DNA from: Sedimentisphaerales bacterium
Lineage (GTDB): Bacteria > Planctomycetota > Phycisphaerae > Sedimentisphaerales > Anaerobacaceae
Reading direction: 5' to 3'
Assembly: GCA_049284355.1 (NCBI GenBank)
Contig: JBAPXT010000317.1
Coordinates: 1-50,571, forward strand
DNA length: 50,571 nt
Under the pieces are notes generated by a model. It saw only the letters and a program-made list of their open reading frames with translations. It was not told where the DNA came from and did not search any database. Position 1 is the stretch's first letter. Each line of letters begins with the position of its first letter. This document shows, in pieces, positions 19,047 to 27,908 of the stretch. A program made the position numbers and the translations under genes.

Positions 19047-19661
19047 TTATTGTATTAGCGGAAGCGAAAACGGAAGCGGAGGCGGAAATCGATTCTTCTT
19101 TGCTTTGGTCCCGACATAATCTCTCAGTTCCGTGTAAAAACTGCAATTATCATTAATTTGCATTTTATCAACTTTTCTCTTTAAGAGACTGATATTGAAT
19201 GCGGCTAAAACTTCTTCCGTATTTCCCCGGTTCCATTCCAGCGCGAATTCGAATCCATCGAGAGGAAAACTGTTAATAGAACTGAAGTTATGCACATCTT
19301 TGAATCTTAGCCAATGATTCTTAAAACCCAACTCGACGAATGTTCTGACATCTGCAAGGGCATCTGTCCGTCTGGTTTTTTCGCTTCTGTTAAGTGTCAC
19401 CTGGCTGAGAACTTTTTCTGAAAAGTCCATATTTAATTCTCGCGCTATTCTTGGTTTTGCATTTTCAATCACTTCATTGATGACTATTTCCTGTGTTTTT
19501 TTATTTGCCTGCAAATGCCATACAATAATTGTGTGCCTCTTACTATAAGCAAGCGATCCGACTGCAAGAACGCCCGTCATAAGAATAATTACAACTTTTT
19601 TCGATACCCTGTTTATTAAGGATTTTCCAAATGCCTTCAATTTGACTACTTTCGTCCTCAT
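19047..19661 (-). CDS. Hypothetical protein with an N-terminal membrane anchor
   Basis: 204 aa. A TM segment VVIILMTGVLAVGSLAY sits near the N-terminus. I recognise no family. There is no clear SD. Confidence 0.45.
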   Translation of the reverse strand: MRTKVVKLKAFGKSLINRVSKKVVIILMTGVLAVGSLAYSKRHTIIVWHLQANKKTQEIVINEVIENAKPRIARELNMDFSEKVLSQVTLNRSEKTRRTDALADVRTFVELGFKNHWLRFKDVHNFSSINSFPLDGFEFALEWNRGNTEEVLAAFNISLLKRKVDKMQINDNCSFYTELRDYVGTKAKKNRFPPPLPFSLPLIQ

Positions 19662-19696
19662 TTGCTATCTGATGCTACCAGACTTCTGTCAAACCA

Positions 19697-19725
19697 ACTA
19701 TAAATCCTCTCCAAGAGCATGTCAA
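19697..19725 (-). promoter_or_regulatory. Near-consensus sigma70 promoter for the orphan gene
   Basis: On the minus strand: TTGACA (19725-19720), a 17-nt spacer, then TATAGT (19702-19697), about 36 nt upstream of the ATG at 19661. Confidence 0.5.
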
Positions 19726-19748
19726 CCCTCAAAAACCAAACGACACAA

Positions 19749-21344
19749 CTACGATTTCAGCACCCGCCTGCTGGTTTCAGTTAATCTTCTTAGCTTATTG
19801 GCGATGCGAGAATTGAGCCTGCCGTTGCTAAGCCGCCATTGCCAGTTGCCTTTGATAGTTGCCGGCCGATTCATCCGGGCTTCTTCGCCCAGCCCCAAAA
19901 TATCCTGCATAGGTATGATAACCGTGTTCGACACAGAGCCAAGCGCCAGTTGTATCAATGCCCAATGGATTTCACCGGCGGAAATCCTGTCGCTCCGCCT
20001 TTGGCCCTCGGCTCTGCCGAGAGGCCGGCGAGACCTCGCCCACGGGCGGGCAAGACAATCGAACAAATTTTTCTTCTGCTCGGCATCGGCCTCATTGTCA
20101 AACCAGCCTCTTATGGTGTTAGTATCGTGCGTGCCGGTGTAAACGACGGAATTTTTTATGAAGTTACGCGGGTTGTGAGTGCTGGTTGCATAATTTTTGC
20201 CGAAGGCCGATTGAAGCACTTTCGTGCCGGCCAGATTGAATTTGTCCCGAAGCTCTCTGACGTCAGGAGTTATTCGGCCGAGGTCTTCGGCAAAAAAAGC
20301 CGAGACGGGGAAACGCTCGAATACTTTTTCAAAGAAATTTTCACCCGGCCCCGCCACCCATTTGCCTTTTAAGGCGGTTTTACAGCGGGCAGGAACCTGC
20401 CAGTAGGCGGCAAAACCCCTGAAATGGTCGAGCCGAACAATATCAAACAGATTAAGATTATGCTCGAACCTTGTGAGCCACCACCTGTAGCCCGTTTTTT
20501 TAAGAGCCTCCCAGTTGTAAACAGGATTATTCCAAAGCTGTCCTGTTCGGCTGAATAAATCCGGCGGGACTCCCGCAACAAAACGAGGCTTTCGCCTTTT
20601 TGTCAGTTTGAACAGCTCGGGACTGGCCCACACATCAGAGCTTTCGAAGGCGACGTAAAATGATATATCGCCTATTAACCTGATATTGCGTTTCCTGCAG
20701 TAATGCTTCAAATCCCGCCATTGTTTGAAGAACACGAATTGGAGAAACTTTTCGCGGTTTATTTCACAAGATAGTTGAGTTTTTACAGCTTTAAGAGCAG
20801 CTTTTTTATGTTCTCTCAACTCCGCCGGCCAGTTAATCCAGGACTGATTGTGAAAATACCGGTGCAATGCGACAAATATTGCGTAATCTTCAAGCCAGGA
20901 TTTATTATCATCACAAAACCGCTCGTAATCCCAACTTTTTCCGCCTTCGCTAAAGCTTCGGCGGACAAGCCCGCTATGTTCAAAACGTTCATAAGCAAGA
21001 TTGAACAGCTTTTCTTTGTAGGCAGCAACTGCCCGGTAGTTTACCTGTGTTTGGGGGAAAATGGGTCTGGCCCGCATATCGCTCTTGTTTAAAAAGCCAT
21101 ATCTATACAGCAAATCAGGGCTGATAAACAGGGTATTCCCTGCAAAGGCGGATGAGCTATTGTAGGGAGAGAAATTGTTTCGAACCGGGGCCGGCGGATT
21201 TAACGGCAGCACCTGCCAGTAACTTTGTCCGGCGTGGACAAGAAAATCCGCAAACCTGTACGCCGATGGACCAAAATCGCCTATGCCATATTCAGAGGGC
21301 AGCGAGCTTATATGGAGCAGAACACCGCTGGCACGTTTGTTCAT
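19749..21344 (-). CDS. malQ: 4-alpha-glucanotransferase (amylomaltase, GH77)
   Basis: 531 aa. RASGVLLHISSLPSEYGIGDFGPSAYRFADFL is the typical MalQ N-terminus. VRLDHFRGF and YTGTHDTNT are also present. Confidence 0.9.
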   Translation of the reverse strand: MNKRASGVLLHISSLPSEYGIGDFGPSAYRFADFLVHAGQSYWQVLPLNPPAPVRNNFSPYNSSSAFAGNTLFISPDLLYRYGFLNKSDMRARPIFPQTQVNYRAVAAYKEKLFNLAYERFEHSGLVRRSFSEGGKSWDYERFCDDNKSWLEDYAIFVALHRYFHNQSWINWPAELREHKKAALKAVKTQLSCEINREKFLQFVFFKQWRDLKHYCRKRNIRLIGDISFYVAFESSDVWASPELFKLTKRRKPRFVAGVPPDLFSRTGQLWNNPVYNWEALKKTGYRWWLTRFEHNLNLFDIVRLDHFRGFAAYWQVPARCKTALKGKWVAGPGENFFEKVFERFPVSAFFAEDLGRITPDVRELRDKFNLAGTKVLQSAFGKNYATSTHNPRNFIKNSVVYTGTHDTNTIRGWFDNEADAEQKKNLFDCLARPWARSRRPLGRAEGQRRSDRISAGEIHWALIQLALGSVSNTVIIPMQDILGLGEEARMNRPATIKGNWQWRLSNGRLNSRIANKLRRLTETSRRVLKS

Positions 21345-21370
21345 TGTATAAGTATTTTCCTTCCAGCTTA

Positions 21371-23797
21371 CTAATCGACCTTGACGCCCAGATAATTTGC
21401 CGCGTTTTTGAAATGTTCACACCACTTCTTTGCAAATTCATCTCCCGAATTGGCTTTTTGAACCATAGCCGGGTATTTTTGTTTGATGATGCCGAACAGT
21501 ATATTCTGAGCAGTCTGCAGGTCAATTTCCGGTATGACGGTCAGGAGAATGCTTAAAATGGATGAAATTTTTTCAAGGAGCTTGATATCGTCTGAGTGCT
21601 TTTCAAATTTGCTCATAAGAGAATAAATTCTGCGGCTTGTCTCAAAAGCCAGTGTTGTGGTGTCAATCTGGAGGGACAATCTGGCGGCCTGGTCGATAAG
21701 TTTTCTGAGCGATTCGACGTTTGTTTCGTCGCTCTGCATTTTTCTGCAGAGGTCCTGATTAATTATAAATTCAGCAGGGGCGCAAAGGGCCCTGGGCAGA
21801 GGCATACGCATTCCGCGCAGTATCTGCATAATGGTGTAATTATGTTCGTATATATGCCTGAAGGTGGCCTCGATTTCCTGCCAAGTGGTCGCAAGCAGCT
21901 GATTGAGGATGTGTCTTTGCTGGTCCCTGAACAAATGCCAGAGCGAATAATTATTGCCTTTGAAGAATATATTCATTATCCGCACGACTTCCGTAGTATC
22001 GCCTTTGGAAAAAGCGTTTTTTAAATCTTCTTTCATTTTGTGAAAAGCTTTGTCCTCCGACCGCGCATTTACCGCGCAAATCAGGTTGTGGTCTCCGAAA
22101 TGCAGAACGGCGAAATCTATAGCGTGTTTTTCGAGAACTATATTGGACTGGATGGTTGCCTGCCCCGTAGCGAATACCTGAATCCCGGCGTCGATACGGT
22201 CATAAGACTCAATATTAGTGGAATAACAGTAGATTTCTTTTTTTGTAGCATAATCCTCGAAGATAGAACTGACGGCCAAATGCGCTCCCACCCTGTTGAG
22301 GTCGATACTTGTGTTTTTCACCAGCGTCTCATAAACATTCCTGCCGTTGTTGAATTCCCTTGTGTTTGTGGGGGCCTTTTCGAGGATACCTTCAAACCCG
22401 GGCTCGAAATCCTGATTGGCCAACTCTTTTGCCAGCTGGATTGCTCTGGAAGCGTACTGCATTATCTGAACAGTTTCTATGCCGCCTATGTCATCGAAAA
22501 ACCAGCCGCAGCTTGTATACATCAGCATCGCATTTCTTTGCATCTCCAGCAGCTTTAGGACCGCTATTTTTTCTTCATTCGAAAGGTCTTTGCCGGAAAT
22601 CTGCTTTAAGAAAGCTTCTACATTTTCACGCAGCCTGTTGTTTATGACCCCGATATACTCATTTCTTGCCTGCCAGGGCTCAGGGGTATACTGAGCCAGT
22701 ATCTTTTCATAGACCGGCGCAAGCTTGTCTCGCAGCCAGTCCATGGCCTCTCGAAGAGGCGCCCGCCACTGCTGTTTGCCTGCTGGGTATCTGCCGTAAT
22801 GACATCCGCAGTTACTTCTCCACCTTTCAACGCCATGGCTGCAGCTCCAGGAACTATTTTCATAAATCTCAACTTCATATTTCGGCGGAAATTTTTCCAG
22901 ATACTCTCCGTATACGGTAATTTTGGCCAGCTTGTTGGTCTCAATAAAGTGGAGGCAGTAAGCCAGCGCCATATCCGTGTATCGATAATGATGCCCGTAG
23001 GTCTCCCCGTCTGTTGCTATATGTGCCAGTCCGCTTTCGCCACTCTTTCCCTCCAGAATCCAGGTCAGTTTTCTGGCAAAGAGCTCTCCGTTTTTCAAAA
23101 TGCGGCCATCAGCAACTTCCTGAGAGGTCGGCCCGTTGTAAAAAAACAAGTTTATAACCTGACCCGAAGGGAGCCGGAGAATGTAAGGCCTGGTTGTGTC
23201 AATTTGGTCACGATTTACAAACTGCCATTGCCCGTTTTCAACCTCACGCACCCGTTTGGCCTGGTGAGGGGCAAGGATTGTGAACTTAATATCGTACTCT
23301 GCAAGAATCTCCAACGTTTCTACATCTACTGCAGTTTCAGGCAGCCACATACCTTCCGGTTTTCGTCCGAAGCGGTGTTCAAAATCACCTATCCCCCATG
23401 CTATCTGCGTATATTTGTCCCGCCTGTTGGCAAGCGGCATAATAATGTGGCTATACGCCTGCGCTATGGCTGCGCCATGGCCGGAGAAAATACTCTGGCT
23501 TTTCTTGTCTGCTGCAAGGACGCTTTCGTATATCTCCGGAGCATGTTTTTCCAGCCAGAAGAGCAATGTCGGACCAAAATCAAAACTTATTTTTGAATAG
23601 TTGTTGACTATGTTTATGATTTTTTTATCAGGGCTGAGTATTCGAGAGGCCGCATTTTGTCTGTAGCATTCCTCTGTTATCTTGGTATTCCAGTCATGGT
23701 AGGGATATGCCGAATCCTGAAGCTCCACGTCTTCCAGCCATGGATTTTCTCTTGGCGGCTGATAAAAATGACCATGAATACAAACATATTTATCCAT
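21371..23797 (-). CDS. GH57 family glycoside hydrolase with a long C-terminal extension (DUF3536-type)
   Basis: 808 aa. The N-terminus MDKYVCIHGHFYQPPRENPWLE is the GH57 signature. ATDGETYGHH is present in the catalytic region. Confidence 0.85.
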   Translation of the reverse strand: MDKYVCIHGHFYQPPRENPWLEDVELQDSAYPYHDWNTKITEECYRQNAASRILSPDKKIINIVNNYSKISFDFGPTLLFWLEKHAPEIYESVLAADKKSQSIFSGHGAAIAQAYSHIIMPLANRRDKYTQIAWGIGDFEHRFGRKPEGMWLPETAVDVETLEILAEYDIKFTILAPHQAKRVREVENGQWQFVNRDQIDTTRPYILRLPSGQVINLFFYNGPTSQEVADGRILKNGELFARKLTWILEGKSGESGLAHIATDGETYGHHYRYTDMALAYCLHFIETNKLAKITVYGEYLEKFPPKYEVEIYENSSWSCSHGVERWRSNCGCHYGRYPAGKQQWRAPLREAMDWLRDKLAPVYEKILAQYTPEPWQARNEYIGVINNRLRENVEAFLKQISGKDLSNEEKIAVLKLLEMQRNAMLMYTSCGWFFDDIGGIETVQIMQYASRAIQLAKELANQDFEPGFEGILEKAPTNTREFNNGRNVYETLVKNTSIDLNRVGAHLAVSSIFEDYATKKEIYCYSTNIESYDRIDAGIQVFATGQATIQSNIVLEKHAIDFAVLHFGDHNLICAVNARSEDKAFHKMKEDLKNAFSKGDTTEVVRIMNIFFKGNNYSLWHLFRDQQRHILNQLLATTWQEIEATFRHIYEHNYTIMQILRGMRMPLPRALCAPAEFIINQDLCRKMQSDETNVESLRKLIDQAARLSLQIDTTTLAFETSRRIYSLMSKFEKHSDDIKLLEKISSILSILLTVIPEIDLQTAQNILFGIIKQKYPAMVQKANSGDEFAKKWCEHFKNAANYLGVKVD

Positions 23798-24146
23798 TAA
23801 AGCACTTCCTATATAGCTGATATTAAGAAAGATACAAAATAAACATATTTTTATAAATATAAATATTGGTAATCAACAAGAGATTCCCTTATTTACGATT
23901 AAGAGATTTGGTCTAAAAATGCAAATATAAGCTGTTCTGTTTGAAAAAAGCTGTTCCCGGCTGTTTAAATAAAAGTAAAAATCATCTGTACTTTATTAAA
24001 GGCAGGACCTGACCTTACAAAGTATGCTCTAAGAGAGAGGGGGTAACCTCGACGTACTTCCATAAGCACCTTTCTGCAAAACCGTTCTGAAAATTCTCAG
24101 CATACCGCGCCGTCGGCATTATTACTGAGTAATTGAGAAGGCTTAA

Positions 24147-24169
24147 TTAAGGACTTTGCTTATTTCCAT
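24147..24169 (+). promoter_or_regulatory. Copy of the recurrent upstream motif
   Basis: TTAAGGACTTTGCTTATTTCCAT, 20/23 identical to the 9357-9332 copy, about 105 nt upstream of the GT gene. ATTTCCAT is repeated again at 24173-24180. Confidence 0.4.
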
Positions 24170-24272
24170 TTCATTTCCATACGAGTAGAGTCACTTTGTA
24201 GAAGTTCAAAAATATAGTTAGTGTAAAATTCCCGCCGGTGTTTGGCGTGAGGCTGATTATCAAGGAAGGGGA

Positions 24273-25544
24273 ATGGCTATGAAAGTATTTATGATAGGCT
24301 GGGAGTTCCCGCCGTTTATCAGCGGAGGATTGGGCACAGCTTGTTACGGCCTTACAAAGGCGATGAACCGGATGGGGACAGAAATTACGTTTGTTTTGCC
24401 CAGGGCCGGTGAGCCCGGTTGCACTGACTATATGAAAATTCTAAGTGCCGAAGGATTTATAAAAGCCGAAGAATTGAGCAGCTTTAAGAATATCCGTTTC
24501 CGAACAGTTGTTTCTCCGTTAAAACCGTATGTTCCATCGGGATTATGTGGATTCTCCGCAGGAAAAAGAGAAAACAATAATTCTCGTGCATGGCATTGCA
24601 GTCCCTCAGAGCATCTTCAAAATTATGGCCGCGATATATATGAGCAGGTACATCGGTATGCCGAAAAAGCGGCAGAAATAGCTTCCGTTGAGGATTTTGA
24701 TATTGTTCATGCACATGACTGGATGACGTTCCCAGCGGCGGTAGCTGTAGCAAAGTCAAATCAAAAGCCGTTGGTTGTGCATGTCCATTCAACAGAATTT
24801 GACCGCAGCGGTGAGAATATGAATCAGGTGGTGTATGATATTGAACGGCGGGGCATGCATGAGGCCGAAAAGGTAATTGCCGTCAGCGGTTATACGAAGA
24901 ATATCATAATCAATCGCTATGGTGTCTCATCGGATAAGATTGAAGTGGTTTACAATGGCGTTGAAGGTAATGGATGTGCTCATGCACAAAAACCGGCCGA
25001 CAAATTTGACAGAATCGTTTTGTTTCTTGGTCGAATTACATTTCAAAAAGGACCGGATTATTTTATCGCCGCTGCCAAAAAGGTCCTCGAGAAAATTAGT
25101 AATGTCAAATTTGTCCTGGCCGGCGACGGAGATATGATGCACAGGATGATTGAATATGCTGCCCGTCTCGGCATTGGGCATAAAGTTTTATTCACACGGT
25201 TTCTCCGTGGCCATGATGTTGAAAGAATGTATCGGATGGCTGATTTGTACGTAATGCCGTCTGTTTCCGAGCCGTTCGGTATCGCTCCGCTTGAGGCTCT
25301 GAAGAATAATGTGCCGGTCCTGGTAAGCAGGCAAAGCGGGATTGCTGAAGTGCTCAAAAATGCGTTGAAAGTCGACTTCTGGGATATAAATCAGATGGCT
25401 AACAAGATAGTGGCGATATTGAAATACCGTCCTTTGAGGGTAATGCTCAGCGAAAATGGCCGGGCGGAAGCAGGGAATTTCCGCTGGGAAAACTCGGCAG
25501 TGAGGGTAAATGAAATTTATAAACATATTTTATTCCGTAATTGA
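24273..25544 (+). CDS. Glycogen-synthase-like glycosyltransferase (GT-B fold, GT4/GT5-like)
   Basis: 423 aa. MKVFMIGWEFPPFISGGLGTACYGLTKAM matches the K/R-x-GGL type motif of glycogen synthases. The C-terminal region has PSVSEPFGIAPLEAL. An alternative start exists at 24279. Confidence 0.85.
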   Translation: MAMKVFMIGWEFPPFISGGLGTACYGLTKAMNRMGTEITFVLPRAGEPGCTDYMKILSAEGFIKAEELSSFKNIRFRTVVSPLKPYVPSGLCGFSAGKRENNNSRAWHCSPSEHLQNYGRDIYEQVHRYAEKAAEIASVEDFDIVHAHDWMTFPAAVAVAKSNQKPLVVHVHSTEFDRSGENMNQVVYDIERRGMHEAEKVIAVSGYTKNIIINRYGVSSDKIEVVYNGVEGNGCAHAQKPADKFDRIVLFLGRITFQKGPDYFIAAAKKVLEKISNVKFVLAGDGDMMHRMIEYAARLGIGHKVLFTRFLRGHDVERMYRMADLYVMPSVSEPFGIAPLEALKNNVPVLVSRQSGIAEVLKNALKVDFWDINQMANKIVAILKYRPLRVMLSENGRAEAGNFRWENSAVRVNEIYKHILFRN

Positions 25545-25562
25545 ATAAGAAAAACTCCTTAT

Positions 25563-26855
25563 ATGGCATCAGTGTGTTTTTATTTCCAGGTTCATCAGCC
25601 CTACAGGCTGCGAAACTACACCGTTTTCGATGTAGACAATAATTATTTTGATGACGTCAAAAACGCTCAGATTTGCAGAAAAGTCGCCTCCAAGAGCTAT
25701 ATGCCTGCTAACCTGCTGATGCTTGACTTGATAAAAAAATATAACGGAAAATTCCGGATTGCTTACAGTATTACCGGTGTTCTGCTGGAACAGCTTGAAA
25801 AATACGCACCGGAAGTTCTGGCAACTTTCAAGGACCTCGCGGCAACCGGATGTGTGGAGTTCCTTGCAGAAACTTACTATCATAGCCTGAGCTCTCTTTA
25901 TTCGCAGGATGAATTCATAGACCAGATTAAGCTTCACAGGCAGACCATTCGGAGACTATTTGGTCAGACGCCGAGAGTATTCCGTAACACGGAGCTTGTC
26001 TACGATAACCGCATAGCCGAGTTGATTGACAATATCGGCTGCTTCGATGCGATATTAGCTGAAGGCGCGGACAAAATACTTGGCTATAAAAGCCCGAACT
26101 TTGTATACAGACCGATGAGATGCAAAAAACTGAAACTTCTGCTTAAAAATTATCGCCTCAGCGATGATATAGCTTTCAGATTTTCCAACAGGAGCTGGAG
26201 CCAGTGGCCGCTGAACGCGCCTAAATTTGCAAGCTGGATAAACGCGGTTAACGGCTGCGGTTTTGTTGTGAACCTTTTTATGGACTATGAAACTTTCGGC
26301 GAACACCAGTGGGAGGATACGGGCATATTCGACTTCTTGCGGCACCTCCCGGGTGAAATTCTCAAACATCCCGATAATGATTTCAAAACCCCTTCTGAGG
26401 TTGCCGCTGCCTATGACGGCTCTGATGCGATTGATATCCCGTATACTATAAGCTGGGCCGATATCGAACGAGACCTCTCTGCCTGGCTCGGAAACCCTAT
26501 ACAGCAAAACGCTCTTGCTGAGCTGTACAGGCTCGAAAAAACCGTAAAAAGTACTGCAGACGAACGTATCGTCGGCGATTGGCGAAAGCTGCAGACATCA
26601 GACCACTTCTACTATATGTGTACAAAATGGTTTGCCGACGGCGACGTACACAAATACTTCAATCCCTACGACTCGCCTTATGACTCATATATCAACTTTA
26701 TGAATGTTCTGGACAATCTGAATTCCCGTTGCTCCAGGGCCTTGCTTGAAAAAGAAAATACTCATAATCACGGCCGACAGCAGCTTCTGTCGAAGCAGAA
26801 AACCCTGCAAAAAAACTCTAACAACTTTTGTGTTTCAGAAAGGAATCAAATATGA
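25563..26855 (+). CDS. GH57 family alpha-amylase-like protein
   Basis: 430 aa. FYFQVHQPYRLRNY and MDYETFGEHQWE are typical GH57 blocks. Confidence 0.85.
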   Translation: MASVCFYFQVHQPYRLRNYTVFDVDNNYFDDVKNAQICRKVASKSYMPANLLMLDLIKKYNGKFRIAYSITGVLLEQLEKYAPEVLATFKDLAATGCVEFLAETYYHSLSSLYSQDEFIDQIKLHRQTIRRLFGQTPRVFRNTELVYDNRIAELIDNIGCFDAILAEGADKILGYKSPNFVYRPMRCKKLKLLLKNYRLSDDIAFRFSNRSWSQWPLNAPKFASWINAVNGCGFVVNLFMDYETFGEHQWEDTGIFDFLRHLPGEILKHPDNDFKTPSEVAAAYDGSDAIDIPYTISWADIERDLSAWLGNPIQQNALAELYRLEKTVKSTADERIVGDWRKLQTSDHFYYMCTKWFADGDVHKYFNPYDSPYDSYINFMNVLDNLNSRCSRALLEKENTHNHGRQQLLSKQKTLQKNSNNFCVSERNQI

Positions 26856-27205
26856 AAACATCAACGTCCACTGTGAATAACGTAGGCAAAATAAAAGTCA
26901 CCGCCAGGAAAGAATCTGCTGAACCCTACGGCGTCAGGCAGGTCAAAGATGGCGTCATTTTCACCGCGTACTATCCTGCAGCCGCCACTGTACAGGTTGC
27001 CGGGGACTTTAATAATTGGCAGCCCCAGCAGGCCCTCATGCGAAAAGCCGGTAGAAACGGTGATTGGAAAATTAAGCTGCCCTTGTCTGCGGGACGTTAT
27101 CATTACCGTTTGGTTGTTGATGGCCGGTGGCAGCAGGACCCTTACAACAAGGCGACCGAACCTAATCCGTATGGCGAGCTTAATTCTGTCCTGCAGGTGG
27201 ACTAA
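26852..27205 (+). CDS. Stand-alone glycogen-binding module (CBM48 / AMPK-beta GBD-like)
   Basis: I place the start at the ATG at 26852, which forms an ATGA overlap with the upstream stop. The product contains VQVAGDFNNWQP ... GDWKIKLPLSAGRYHYRLVVDGRWQQDPYN. Confidence 0.72.
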   Translation: MKTSTSTVNNVGKIKVTARKESAEPYGVRQVKDGVIFTAYYPAAATVQVAGDFNNWQPQQALMRKAGRNGDWKIKLPLSAGRYHYRLVVDGRWQQDPYNKATEPNPYGELNSVLQVD

Positions 27206-27326
27206 GTACTTGAAGTTTTTTAGTCGAAAAATACGCCGAAGCCGAAAAGCAGCGTCGGATTTTAGTCGGAAATATCTGTGTTTATGCGGCACCGGCGGTA
27301 AAACTATTCTAACGTATTAAGTCGAG

Positions 27327-27387
27327 CTCCACAGAAGATAAGGATGTTCTGTATCTGATTTTCCTTTCCTGTGGAGTTCGTTTTTTT
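27327..27387 (+). terminator. Terminator-like hairpin with U-tract after the glycogen operon
   Basis: CTCCACAG (27327-27334) pairs with CTGTGGAG (27369-27376), followed by TTCG and T7 (27381-27387). An alternative inner pairing is ACAGAA/TTCTGT. Confidence 0.5.
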
Positions 27388-27485
27388 AATGAAGAAGTAT
27401 CTATCGCACAAAAACCTGTGCCGCTGTCTTGCATCTCGATACCACCAAATCCTTTTGTTTTTCTAAGTAGTTTTGAATCCTAAAT

Positions 27486-27506
27486 AGAGGATTTTCCCTA
27501 TTTCTT
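27486..27506 (+). promoter_or_regulatory. Weaker copy of the recurrent motif, embedded in an inverted repeat
   Basis: AGAGGATTTTCCCTATTTCTT, with AAATAG (27482-27487) and CTATTT (27498-27503) forming an inverted repeat. It lies about 75 nt upstream of the Zn-ribbon B ATG. Confidence 0.3.
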
Positions 27507-27577
27507 CCCCAATTAAGAGTTGATAAGTTTATTTTTAATAAAAGAAAAAACAAGGATGGAATTAAGGAGATATTCAA

Positions 27578-27781
27578 ATGCTTGACCTGGATGAAATTGA
27601 CACAAAATTTCAATTGGCGGAAAAAGAAGGTCTTTGCCCGGTTTGCGGCCGGATTATGGCGGAGGTAGACAGGCTGAGGGAAGGAGACCATGTCTTTATT
27701 TGGTTTAAGTGCATCAAAAAAGAGTGTAATGGCCAGTGGCTGCAAAAAAAACGCTGTTCGGCAGATGGGGCATCTTGGTAA
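27578..27781 (+). CDS. Small 4-Cys zinc-ribbon protein (paralog B)
   Basis: 67 aa. AAGGAG SD lies 8 nt upstream. It carries CPVCG ... KCIKKECNGQWL and is a paralog of 9002..9211. Confidence 0.6.
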   Translation: MLDLDEIDTKFQLAEKEGLCPVCGRIMAEVDRLREGDHVFIWFKCIKKECNGQWLQKKRCSADGASW

Positions 27782-27852
27782 GATGACAGTTAATAATATT
27801 AAAAAGGAGAAATCAGGATTGAAAAAATGGCCTGCCCTGCTTCCGGCGGCTA

Positions 27853-27898
27853 ATAGGGGTTTTCCCTATACGATTTTAAGGATATCCCCTATTTGCAT
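27853..27898 (+). promoter_or_regulatory. Perfect palindrome plus the best plus-strand copy of the recurrent motif, upstream of the oxidase leader
   Basis: ATAGGG-GTTTT-CCCTAT (27853-27869) is followed by ATTTTAAGGATATCCCCTATTTGCAT (27873-27898). Confidence 0.45.
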
Positions 27899-27908
27899 GC
27901 TGGAACAA

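Noticed and set aside
22799-23596. A 265-aa plus-strand ORF opposite the large GH57 gene.
   Set aside because: It lies entirely within the GH57 coding region on the opposite strand and has no recognisable motifs. It is a shadow ORF.
27873-27898. Reading the recurrent motif as a sigma54 (-24 GG / -12 GC) promoter or a Bacteroidetes-type TAnnTTTG -7 box.
   Set aside because: The GG-to-GC spacing is 15 nt rather than the canonical ~11. TATTTG lacks the two extra positions of TAnnTTTG and is not conserved among copies (TATTTC, TATTTT).
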